Origin: Reclinomonas americana ATCC 50394
Taxonomy: Eukaryota
Length of the DNA: 39,562 nt
Reading direction: 5' to 3'
Assembly (NCBI GenBank): GCA_048213135.1
Contig: AFZH01016638.1
Coordinates: forward strand, 1 to 39,562
In this document: positions 1-27,568 of the stretch, piece by piece
Layout: each line of letters starts with the position of its first letter
How positions within the stretch are numbered: the first letter of the stretch is position 1
The notes under the pieces: generated by a model
Databases searched by the model: none
Told to the model about the DNA's origin: nothing
The model's input: only the letters and a program-made list of their open reading frames with translations
Translations under genes and position numbers: made by a program

Positions 1-376
1 AGCATTGCTGGCTGCCGAGACGACGACCACTGTGCAGTCGCCGCCGCCGCCACCACCACCTGCTGCTGCCGTCGAAGCGACGCCAACATCGTCGCAGTTG
101 AGCATGGTCAGTGCCGCCGCGGCGCCACTGCCTTCGTTTGTCGATGGCACCATGATTGTGCCGAGCATCCCCGTCGAGCCTGCCGAGCATAAGGCTGACT
201 CGACATTACCATCTCTGCCACCACCACCACCTCCTCCGCCACCACGACCACCATCGCCACCACCAGTGGGCCTGCTATCCACCGACGGACTTCGTTCCGC
301 CGTGTCGGCTTCACCGTTTGCTGCCTCGATGCTCGGCTTGGCATTCACCACCACCAAGCCCGCGGCACCCGGATAA
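1..376 (+). CDS. 3' end of a proline/serine-rich protein (partial, begins upstream of the window)
   Basis: Open frame with poly-Pro tracts (SPPPPPPP, PPPPPPPPPRPPSPPP) ending at TAA 374-376, followed by AT-richer sequence. No recognisable domain. Confidence 0.6.
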   Translation, partial: ALLAAETTTTVQSPPPPPPPAAAVEATPTSSQLSMVSAAAAPLPSFVDGTMIVPSIPVEPAEHKADSTLPSLPPPPPPPPPRPPSPPPVGLLSTDGLRSAVSASPFAASMLGLAFTTTKPAAPG

Positions 377-423
377 CGCATGACATAGTGTGTGTAGAAG
401 TAATACAAGGGAACACAGACGCA

Positions 424-3186
424 TTAAATTAGGCTCGCTAACTCGAGTTTCTCGAGCAACTCTGTCACATTTGACTGGTACTCCTTGTAGAATCTGGAGG
501 CCTTGAATCGGCGGAACGAGTCTGCGCAACGAGGAAATGAGCAAACAGAACGAAAGACACAGGGTGTCGTGTCGAGCAACAGCACGGTTCCTCACCGGTG
601 CGCATTGTGTACACCACGGATTTCACAGCGGGCTCAAAGCCCTCCACTCCCATCCCGTGGGAGAGATTTTCCAGCGTCTGCCGTCTTGCAAAGCCCGACA
701 GATTGAGCTCCAGCATCGCACCCGGCAGCAGGTACTGTCACCGCAGATGGTGAGACACCAGCCATGAACACACACAAAACGAAGAAGAAAAGGACGCACC
801 TCGGAGCGAATGCGCTCCATTTCTTCGCGGATGCGAGTCGACTGCCGCCCACTACTCCGCTTGGCGCGCACTCGTAATCTTTGCACGTCTTCCCAGAACT
901 GCGCACGACATGTTGCACGTGAGCTTCCAACGAAAGAAAGCGTCGTCCTCTCATCCCGCAACTCACCAGCAAATTCTCGACAGAGAACTCGGTGGCGAGG
1001 AATGCACGGAACACTTGCCGTGCTGTTGCATCGTGCAGCACCTCCTCAAACGTGGTGGCCTGCAACAGTGTCTGTCCTAGTGGTTCTCGCAACTCCTCGC
1101 CCTCGTCTTGCACCTTGCGGGCACGGCGCATGCTCCTCCACGTGCCCCACAGCGGCACAATCACGGACAGAATGAGCGACGCAATCACGTCGACCACCAC
1201 CAGATACGCCGGCCACGGCGACGTCGGCCACGAGTAGCCGGTCTCGGTGAGCACAAAGAACGGGAGAAGCACGAGGCAGCGCGCCACAATGCCGATCTTC
1301 AGTTCGCGGTTGATGCTGAACTCGTCGCGGACCTGGGCAACGACAAAGGGAGGTGGTGAGCGGCGACAGCATGGCGAGAGGGCAGTGTGTCACGCATGAG
1401 ACGCAACATTGCGCAGCAAAAAGATGAACACCAGGTTCGACAGAATGACAACGGCCATGACGGCGGCCACGACCAGCAGCGAGGTGCGCTCCAGCTCTTG
1501 GCAGTGGCACGCTGCGTGACACGAGAAAATGTAAATCGGAGAGCGGCAGAGAACGAGCATAAGCGAGTGTACCTTCGCAGTAGGGAATCACCAGATCACC
1601 GATCTTGGTGGTCCGGCTGCGACTCTCCGACGGGAACACCCAGATGGAGAGTGCCGTGATCAGCATGAACATGACAAGCTCGAAGATGAGAAGGCACACC
1701 AGGAGGAACCACTCGCTGCGATGGCAGGCTCATCAGCACCAGCCACACCTTCTCCTGTGGCAGACACTCACTCACCTGACAGTGTTCTCTCTCCTAAACA
1801 GCTTATTCAGCGTGCCGTCGGTCGCGCGACCCCGGCGAGGCGTGTTCTGCGCACGGAAGTCTCCATCAGAGCTGCCGGCCGACAGCGGCGACCGTACATC
1901 GTCGTCAGCACGTGGCGTTTGGCCGACGTCTGTCATCTCGTCCTCGGTCATCTCGACCTGCAACGAACACACACGCTCATGAACAACGGTGTTGCGCACG
2001 AGCGCCAGCGACAGAATGCGCACATCAACTGCCAAGCCGCTTTTCAGGGGTGTCTCTTCGCCGGCAGCGCTCGCCATGCTCTCTAACCGCGCATGGTCGC
2101 CACGCCTTCCAGGGGTGCTGGTGCCGGACTCGCTGCCCGTGGAAAAGTACCCGCTGGCGTTCATCGGCAGCGGCGAAATCGCGTCGACGGGACCCTCAAA
2201 GTCAAAGTCCGCCGACGAGTTTGAGCGCTGTGGCGCCAGCTTGGACCGCAGCTTTTCCACCGATAGCCGGAAAATGAGGAGCAAGCGAACACAGCGCAGC
2301 GCGTGTGGTGCTGCAGCGCGAGGAGAGGCCATGTGTCAGATTTGAGGCGGCTGACAAGAGAGTGGGGGGGAATGGCACATACCCAAGTAGGCCGGCAGCG
2401 CCAAGTAGAGCACAAAAAAGTACACGGTGCATGGCATGTTGAGGAGGCGTTGTGAGAGGCCTCCAAACGCCAAGACAATGTAGCCTCCGACACTATAGCG
2501 CGACACACACACGCGAGGTTACGAACAAACGGGGGCGGAGGAGACGTGACAGCAGCCACGGCGTACCTGGAGGCAAACAACAGCAAGGGCGACGACGCTC
2601 GTAATGGTTGCCTCTTGCGCCACATCAGCACCAACACCATGAGGAAGAGCCAGAATGCCGAGTACACCAGGTACAAGTAGAACACCGCCGGACCCGCAGT
2701 CTCCTGCAGACGTAGAGTGAGGGCTAAACATAGCACTCGCTGGATGCACGTGTGCGAGAATATGCACTGACCCCTCACACAGACACATGCATGCACGCGC
2801 GCGCGACTCACGCAGCACATCGTGTCGACATCGACACACACAAAAGATTCACCAGTGTCCCCTCACACAAGCACAGAGGCATTCAAGCAGCGACACGCAC
2901 ACGCGCGAGTGCAGCGCACGCACAGAGAGAATGAGAGAGAGAGAGCAGAAGAGCGCGAGGAAACAAGACAAGGACGCGTGAGTTCGGCATGGCATCACTC
3001 ACTCGCTCACACACACTCTCTCTCTCACAGACACAGACAGCGCGTGTATGTGTGTGAGAGATGCGCAGAGTGAGGCACACACACCTGCACACCGGTCTGC
3101 GATCCATCTGTGCAGTGTGGATATTGACTCTTGGAGTACATCGGCATCCCCATGGCCTCATTCCAACACTGCGACACATACGACAT
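424..3186 (-). CDS. 7TM-RGS protein (seven-transmembrane region fused to a C-terminal RGS domain), 11 exons
   Basis: ATG at 3186 (MSYVSQCW...), 10 GT-AG introns. TM segments include VFYLYLVYSAFWLFLMVLVLMWRKRQPLRASSPLLLFAS, NMPCTVYFFVLYLALP and LLRN|VRDEFSINRELK. RGS box: FEEVLHDATARQVFRAFLATEFSVENLL|FWEDVQ...YLLPGAMLELNLS...DSFRRFKASRFY. Stop TAA 424-426. Confidence 0.9.
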
Positions 3187-3321
3187 ATCGCCCACACAAA
3201 GCAAAGCACTAACACAAACTAACTACTAAGACAAAGGGCGCACACGCGCGACGGAAGAACTGTGACACAAAAAAGTGACTGCAGTGAAATTTCATTCGCC
3301 TTTGCCCTTCCCGCTTTCACC
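3187..3321. promoter_or_regulatory. Putative bidirectional promoter between the 7TM-RGS and multi-ASH genes
   Basis: 135 nt between divergent ATGs at 3186 (-) and 3322 (+). Inferred from gene geometry only. Confidence 0.5.
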
Positions 3322-18329
<15,008 letters not shown>

Positions 18330-18518
18330 CGTAGTTGTTATTACTATTATTATTATTATTGGAATTATGTTTATTGGCCACTGCTGCGACGTAGGAATGC
18401 ATCGTAGATGCGCTGTTGGTATGCCGCAAACGCTTGGTTGCCGGCCAGTTTCTGCGAGAAAACACAGAGTACTTAGAGCGTGTGCGAAAAGCGCGAGAAG
18501 CGGTGTGAAGCAGGTGGG

Positions 18519-21500
18519 TTACGCAACAAACGCATCGCCTGTTCCATGTCTTTCCACAGACTGCTCTCGCTCCAGCGAGGCCGCACGTTGCACCGGGAAG
18601 AACGTCTCGTCGCCAGCACGTAGCCGCTCAAGCACAAATCTACAAAAGAAGTGAGTGAATGGGAAGCCAGGGAAACAATAAGCACCAAAAAAGAACGGAA
18701 CTGCTCGGTGCCATTCAGACTGTGGTACGGCTTCAGTTGGACAGCAACGAGGAAGTTGAGGTAGTGCTGCACGTTGTGCTCGTGCGTTGTGTGATGCCGG
18801 AAGCCTGGTGCCATCGGTGTGAGTCGCTGCGCGCACGCACAATTGATGCCAACAACACATGCAACACACCGTTCGATTTGCGGTCAAAGAGTGCTCGAGA
18901 GAGGCCACAGATGAAACACACGTTGTTTTGGTCTTTCGTGCGCTCCTCACGCTCATTACGCAGTTGCGAGAACGTGTCGAGAATTTGACTGCAGAGCAGG
19001 GTACTCGTGAGTATGCAAGACTTATGGTACAGTAAAACTGCGATCGCAGCTCACCCGAAGATCATGCTGCGCAGCGAGAGAGAGACGGTTAGTGAGTGTG
19101 CGCAGTGTGACACGCACAGAAAGTGCACACACGCACTTGAGAATGATAATGACCATGATGATCCAGAAGACCATGTTGAAAAAGATGCGTCCGCTGCACA
19201 CATCATCTCAGGATGAGCAGGAGGATAACGGACGAGTCATTGCATACAGAAGTGAAGACGCACGGAGAGAGATCCACGGGAAACAGGTCCTCCCATACAC
19301 CACCAACTCGCAATCCAATGCCGAACAGCGCGACCAAGTAGCACTGAATCATGCTCTCACACGTCTGCGCGAAAGCAGCAGAGTTAGTGCGCATCCGTGT
19401 CAGCGCGAAACTGGAGAGACGTCGAACCTTTTCACCCGTGTCTTTCATGACGAATGTCGGTTGCATAAACAGGAAAGCGAATGTGGCAAACAGGTAGAGC
19501 AGAACCATGGCAAGTGCCGCCTGGAGACAAAAGGCTGGATAAGAAGACTACAAGACAGAGGGAAACAAAAATCACACGCAAACGTAACAGTCAGCAACAG
19601 TGACCACTTGTTGGTGGTGATCGACTGAAGCACTTGCTGCAGACCGGCCGACACGAATAGTACCTCCTGTGTGTTACACGCCGACACGTGAGACAAAAAC
19701 AGGTCAACACACAGTCAGGTGTTGATGCCGACAAACCAGCAGTAGGAAGGCGTAGAAAAACTCCGAGACTGCCAGCCCCAAGGACGCAAACACGACAGTG
19801 GCCACCTGCAAGATACAAAGCTCATGCAATGTAAGAAACGGGCGAGAGAGTTCTCGCGAGGACTGCAGGCGGACGACGGCGCAACTCTGTACAGAAGGGC
19901 GAATTGCGTGACACATCCGAGCAAGACTCGCGAATAGTAGCGGAAGTTCCGTGGTAATTTGTCGGTGGCATCCTGGCAACCGCGTTGTCAACACCATTGT
20001 TACCCACACAGCACACAGTGATTTGAAGTCGCTCACTCACCACAGTGTCTAATCGCGGACTCCAACGATTCCAAGCGCCAAGAATGGCCTCGTAGACGAG
20101 ATAGGTCACCAACGTGGTCGCAGCTGACGCCAACGCTATGGAACCGCCAATGAATAGCACAGTGCTCAGACCATCAGATCGGTATCGCAGAGTCCTGCGA
20201 TTGACGCAAACAGAAAACTGAGGCAATGTGTGCGCCAACACAGCAACATCACATGAGTGTTACTCAACAGCAATGAGTTGTCGTCGGCGTACGTGTCCAC
20301 TTGACTGCCGAACAGAACAACGGCGTTCACAAAGAACGACACCAGCAGGAGCAGGCGAATGAGGTTCTGTTCACGTCAAAAAAACATCAGTCGAACGTTC
20401 ATGTCGCGCAGCACCTGCATCGTATACGCACCACATAGTTCTTCCGCAAGAATAACAAGAATTTTCGATTGCGAAGGCTGTACAGATGTCGCATCTCGCG
20501 ATACGCCCACGGAACAACGGCGATGAGCGACTCAATCTTGTGTATGGGACTCTGTCGATCGGCAGTCGACAAGAAGTAGGAGAATGATCGCTTGGACAGA
20601 TACTGACACTCGGGTGGTACTTCGTACCACAGCTGCATGTTGGTGTAGGCGTTGAGAAGAGCAAGTAACAGACGGCAATCCAACACTCGCACACACCGTC
20701 TCAATCTGGTCGTCACGCACAATCTCCACCACACCCACGGCCTCCTTGAAGAGCACCAGTGATGCAGCTCGTGAGCTGACATCATTTCTCGTCGACTTCA
20801 TCACATTTTGCCAGCTCTCCGTTGGCGCGGATGACAGCCACTGCATCAACATGAAGCGGAGACGTCCCAGTTGGAGCAGCTACGGAGAAGCACACGCTGT
20901 GTTGGAAAGTTGCACCCCCATCTCGAGCAGGAGTCGCCGCAATAACGCACCTCGTCTGAGAATTCACGCAGTATTCGAACTTCCATGGCATTGCGCGGAG
21001 CCGCCAGCTTGTCACTATCGTCAGCAACTTCATGCACTCGAACCGCAAGGTCGTACTGAACATCAAGCAGCAGCCATGAGAATCAACGCAGCGACGAAGT
21101 CACACAAAGAGCATGAAGGCACGTCACCATATGGCGGGGATTAAGAATGTCTGCAATGCGCTCCACTCGCGCCGCCGACTGCGATGGATTGCCTTCCAGC
21201 ACGGCAAGCAGCATGGTGCAACACTCGACCTGTGCAACAAGCCAATGATACGTTCAGGTTGAACAGGTCATAACACGGCGGCGAATGGTCACATCATAAA
21301 GGGAAAACCTGGCTAAAGACAGTTGTCGGGCACGGCATTTCGCCGAGTGGGATGCCGAGGATGCGATTGGCAACCGACAATATGTCCGACGACAGCGCCG
21401 CCTCCTGATTCGCCTGACACGGCCTACAACAAGGGAGTGTCAACACTGCGCGCATCAAGAAGCCAGACTGAGAAAAGTCCACTGACCCTTGCAACAACTC

Positions 21501-24500
21501 AGTCACAGTTCGAATGCACTGCGACAGCAGCGGCGCAATCACGCTGTCGATATTCGATTCCACGATCAATGCAAAGCGCGTGATCTCTTCCATCATGTCG
21601 ACATTGACTGGGTAGCCGGCCTGCGTCCGCACAAAATGCTGCAAGCGGAACAACAAGTATGAGAGACTGCGTACCGAGCACACCAGCTCCCGCAGAGTGT
21701 CGTCGAACCTGGAGTGGCGAGAAATGACCTTCGGCCATGAGCTGGATGAGCACGAGAATCTCCATGGGGCACGAATCCACCAACGGACTCTCCCACGGGA
21801 GGACGACTTCGGCTGCACTGAACTGCTTGTAGAATTCCATCACATGCTGAGGCGTCACCCAGCGCTGTGATGGGCGCCGTCGAACAGTGGCCCAGTCCAC
21901 AATCTCTTGCGCCGCCAAGTGGAGACGCCTGCGCAATGACACAAAGAAATCGTCGTGCTCGAGGCTGGCCAGCGCACCACGCACAGCCACTTGAGCCAGG
22001 CGATTTCCACCAGCAAGGACGCGACACAGAACCACCAGTGCGCCACGGGCAATGTTATGCAGCGGTGCTCTGGAGATGATGCTCATCATCTGGAAGAACC
22101 CCCTCAGACATGAGAGAGAGATGAAAGAGCCAATCTTGAACGGTAGAACGCAACTGAAGAGACCACATCCTGCTGCACAAGCATATCACTGCTCGCACGC
22201 TCCATCGCCACCATGCTCAGCAGCGTCAACAGCTTGGAGGCCAGCGTGCTCTCCGCCGAGTGCATGTCGGTGACGGCAACGGCCGACACCCTGCGTGAAG
22301 CAGCACATCCTTTGTTCAGCCCCAGTACGTACGCTACGTGTGTGACATTCTTCTTTCACTCACCGCAGATTGCGAATGAGCGTGTTACATGCTAGCGGGA
22401 CCTGGCGCAGCAGCTCCACCATGCTAGCGTAGTCAGGTCCACAGCGACGACCAGCGGCACTGTTGACGAGCGGAGACAAATGAGAGAAAATGCGCAGGGC
22501 TGCAGCAGTGCACTGGCGTCGATCCAACGTAACATGGTATTCATGTACTCCATAAATCGGCGGTGTCTGGTGTCACAAAGGAGGAGAACGTCAGCAAACG
22601 GATGCGCACTTGCATGCACATACACGGTACTTACAATACTTCGTCAGCCGACAACGCCGCCGTGACCTCATTATCCATGCTTCCCAACTCCACGGTTGTC
22701 GAGTCTTTCACACCGTCGTCGCCGTCGTCGTCATCCGTCACGGCGGTGAGCGACGATGAGAGTCTAAACAGTGGATCGGAGGCCGTTTGCGTGGGATTGA
22801 GACGCTGTTCCAGACGAGCAACGGCCATGCCGAGGCTAGCAACTCGGCGTTCGTCCAATCCACGTACATTGAGTGACGCACTGTACAACTGCCGCAAGTG
22901 CGTGACCAGGCGTCGATACAGTTCACCGTGGGTACTGTGAGAGGTGAAGTAAAATGAGACTAATGAAGAAAAGTGACTGCCACACACTGCTGTCACTCAC
23001 CGCTGCATGCTGCGAGCAACGAGCAAAAAGTCCACCAGCAGCCCAACAATGCGCCCGAGTATGTACTCGTCGGCGCCGGCCTTCCCAAACAACGTCTGAT
23101 CGCCCACTACGCTGGACGACGATGCTTCGTCTTCCAGGTCCTCGACTCCCACCTCGTAGTCCTCCATTGCACCGACAAGCAGCGAGTGCGTCGGTGAACT
23201 GTGACAGGCTGTTGGAGAAGGGACAAAAATATCGAAACATCAGAAAACAGACAAACGAAACGTGTCGGCAGCGTGTCCAGGTGCCGAGTCGACCGGCAGC
23301 CGTCGGCGTACGGTCGGCGACGGCACCAGTGACTCGCGGGTTCCCGTGCGCTGTCGCTCAAAGGAAGCTCGGGCACTCCACGCACCGCTGATGTAGTTGA
23401 CGATCTCTGCATCGAGGAATTGCAGAAGCGACTGACTGTTGCTGAGATCCAGCACCGTCGGTGATACCATGCCGGTGTCGACATACACCTGCCAGAGTGG
23501 GAAAGAGAGAGTGTGAGACTTTCGACGGCAGTCGACGAGGCAAGAATACCGCAAAAACGACATTACGCACTGAGCGAATGAACGTGACCAATGCACAGCG
23601 CAGTTCAATCGGAACGCCTTCTTCGATCAGCATCGACACGGCCTCTTCAAATGCCAGCGTCGACTGCACGATGCTCTCAATCTGGCCACACCACCGTCGC
23701 GTGTGAGAAGACAAAACAAATACAGTCAAATGGGGAGTGCACACAGGAGACGAACCGCAGTCTGCCGCCCAGACGCACACTTGGCAAGCACGCGCAACAG
23801 ATCAATGTGGTACGCCAGCGGTCCTTGCGGGCGGTAACGATGGTCATCGGTCAACATCAATTCGCGACTGCGGAGGGGTGAGTGACGATGGGGATCAAGC
23901 AAGAGACGAGGGAATCAGAAGACGCACCGCTCAGCACGACCATTCTTGCCGCTGAAAAGCAGCAGGGACCGGGGGTGGTGTTGAACAAGAGCTTCGGCCA
24001 CCAGCCGTTGATTGCGAGGAACCGGCAAGTCGTCGACAATGACCGACACCTCAAGAAGCTCCAAATGCCGACGCTGATGAGTGGCAGCACAACTGCTGGC
24101 GGCCAACTCGATGAGATCCACGGGAACTCGTTGTGCCAGCAGCGCCGAGTTGCGAAAGATGTACGGCAGCAGCGAGTCTGCACCGACGTCACACCTGCAA
24201 GCGCAAACACAGTCAATATCACTTAGCGGTGACGCAAGAGAGGGTTGACATGGCGCTCACAAGTAATGCGACTGAAAGAGCGAGATGTGTTCAGAGAACA
24301 TGCGCTGCACAATCGGGCACAGCACAAGCGAAACCTGCGAAACAACATGTTGGTTAGCAGCACAGCACAGTCTGTTGTGGGCGCCGTGACTGCATAACAC
24401 ACCGCCAACAGAGAAGCATACAGGCCACTGACTGCGGACTTGACAAGGGTTCGCTGCGCAGGGCGGCAGTGGAGGATATCCGCAGCTCTGCACCACGACA

Positions 24501-27500
24501 TGCATGTCAGTTGTGCGCGTACACTTGAGCTGCATGACGGGAGTGACCGACACGCAACGTCACTGATCGAAGCAAGTGCGTAATGACAGGGAAACAGCCG
24601 CTGGCAAAGAAAATTCCAACCGCGTCAGTTGGACTCTCACGCACGGCTCGGCGCATCGCTGCACACACAATTCCATCAAAAAGAGAGGAAGAAGAAGAAC
24701 AAGCAGAAAAATGGAAACGCACCCTCAGTGATGGTGCTCATCAAGTGTGCCTGTAGGCGCAGGAATAAGCGCCGGTTGTGCAGCAACACACACGACAACA
24801 CGCACCACACGCTCCAGCAGATCTGGACTGCTGGTCCACTTGTCGTCGGCGTCGGTGGCCACTCGCACCATGGCCAAACTGAGGTTCTGCATCTCTCGCT
24901 GACAGTCGACCAGCGTTCGAGAAAAGAGAAGCCTCACATCTTGCACCGTTGTCAGGGTGTCGGAAAACTTTTCGTGAATCATCAGCAGCGTGTGGAACGC
25001 TTCTGTCTGCAGTGCGACGCTGTCGTATTGGCACAGATCCAGCAGAATGTCGTGCACTTGCTTCGACGCAGAGACGCCAGAGCAGCGCTGGTACATGCAC
25101 GATTCGCAGAGTCAGCATCGTCTCACCCCAAGGAACAGACGTCTGAGACGTACGTTGATGACAGTCGGCAGATGAACGTCCTTGGCTGGCACACCGGCCT
25201 TGAAGTGTCGCAAGAGTACGGTGCAGCGGAAGGTGGTCTCGGTGTACAGCAACGTCTGCATCACCTGCAAGGCAACGACTTTGCAATTCTGCACACACAC
25301 AAGACAAACGCCTTCGTCAGCCGAAGCAGAGACACGAGACACAAGAAAGAAACACGAAACCATGATTGTATCGTTGTTCTCGTTGCTGGCGTAGCGGAAG
25401 TTTGAATGCCGCGTGGCTCCCGGTGCTGGCAGCAAGAGATGTAAGCTGCAACAAGCACAGACACACATCTTGACGACATCGCAACCCACCATCGTACACG
25501 TCTGTGGTGCCGTCCAACAGGTTCCACAAGCTATCAATGAGCGTCCCTCGCGATTGTCCCAGACCAATGAAACCCTCCCGTATCAGTACATGCAGAGTTT
25601 CGAGGAACAGCAGCACTGACTGCGAATGTGATGGATCGGACCAGCGCAGCCGCGTCTCCAATTCCTGCCAGATCACGCGCAGGTGAGACAGAAGTGCGCT
25701 CCACTCTCATCATCCGCAGCGCGCACACACATACCACCACTTGCATCACGCCACTGACAATCTGCTCCTGCATCCGTACAACGGGGTGGTTGCCGTAGCG
25801 GTAACGCATAAACTCGGCATTGTCGATCGTGCACTCAAAGGAGGCTTCGCTGAGCACCTCTGTCCAGACCTGCGTGCACAACAGCAACAACACTTAGTTG
25901 TTGTACGATGATGAATTCGACACAAGCGACGAGCAAGTTATGCACCCGAACGAGATTGATCTTCGGTAACACTTGGAACGGTTGCTGGTCAATGTACAAA
26001 CAGCGCAGAATGTAACAGCAGCCGGCGCGCAAACGCAGTGGCAATCGTGGATCAAAGGCCCCGCGTACAACGACGGGCAATGAGAGGCCAAACGTGTCAC
26101 CCACCAGCGTCACCGCCGGCCGGTACCGTTCCTAACGACCAGAATAAGCCAGATTCGCCAGAAGAACAGCATCTACGCACCGACTCACCGCCGCGAGCAG
26201 TGCGTACAGTCGCAAGCTGCTCATGAAAAACTCGTAGTCCATGCTTGGATTGGCTCGACTGGCGGCAGCCCAGGACAGCACTTCTGTCGACTCCTTCACC
26301 GACAGATCCGCATTGAGAGACACCAACATGAGTTCCTCCCCGCTTGAGCGAGGCTCCTGCGTGAAGGCTGGCGTATGAGTGGTGATCACACACAGAGAGT
26401 CATACGATTCGACAACAGGTGCACACCAAGCAGAGGCGGAAGAAAGGCCAATGTACTTGCGAGTCCGACAACTCGCGAACAGCTGCATGCTGTGCGTACC
26501 GACTGGCCCGGCCGTGTATCGACAGTCCGTGGAAGATGAGAAGCAGGTAGCTGCGACAAAAGAGGTGCCAATCAGTGAGACAAATGCGGGCACCAAGAAG
26601 CGATCATTGCATGGCAACTTTGGATTGCGGCCTTCGCGAGCGGCAGCGGACAGAGTGAGACGCACATCGACGCGGGTGCGGAATAGTTCCGCTTCGTTCT
26701 CAAAGCTGAGTGAAGCGGGTTGAGAGAGTGCGCGAAGAGGCAGTGTGCATGCACAACAAGATAGCCACGAAACAGAAAGGGAAAGGTCCAGCTGGCGCCG
26801 ACAAACAGCGCAAAGTGGAGGCGGAAAACCGCCAACAGCGAAGACTCCGGCCGCAGCACGGCGTACTTGTTGCGACGGTAGCCTCGAATCGACTGCCGGA
26901 TCAGACTGTGCAATCGGGACGTACGGTTCACAAGAGACTGGTGCAGGGGCAACAACAGAGAACACCGGCGGCATGACTTACCGATAAAAGAGGCGGAAGA
27001 CATGTTGAGCTCGCTCATTCACTGGGTCCTCGCGGATCGAGCGACCCGGATAGGCGGTCTGCAACTCGCGAATGCAGAGGCACACCGCTCGTAGCACTTT
27101 CAGCTCTCGCAGTATCTTTTGGAACGCGCGGTCCAGACGACCCTCACGTGTCAGCGGATCGGGGTCGGAGCTAATGGTGCACCCATTGATGAGGCGGGTC
27201 AGTGACTTGCAGATCCACTGGTACGAGCGGTCGTCATCCAGCTGCAGCGGGCCTTGCTGCAGAATGCTACGCATTGACACGAGCAACTACCCGGCACACT
27301 CACGAATTAAGCGAAGCGCATAGATACAGAGATAACGTCGCACAGTCGAGTGAGACGCAACAGGAAGATGAGTGGCGACTGAGTAGGCTCGTGAAATGTC
27401 CGAAAAGCTGACGTGCAGCATCTCCCACGTGCACGAGTACGACGGCGCAGAAGCAAAGACGAGCTGCACAAACAGCACCTCAGTCATCACGGCCACGGGA

Positions 27501-27517
27501 GCGACAACAACAACAGC

Positions 27518-27568
<51 letters not shown>

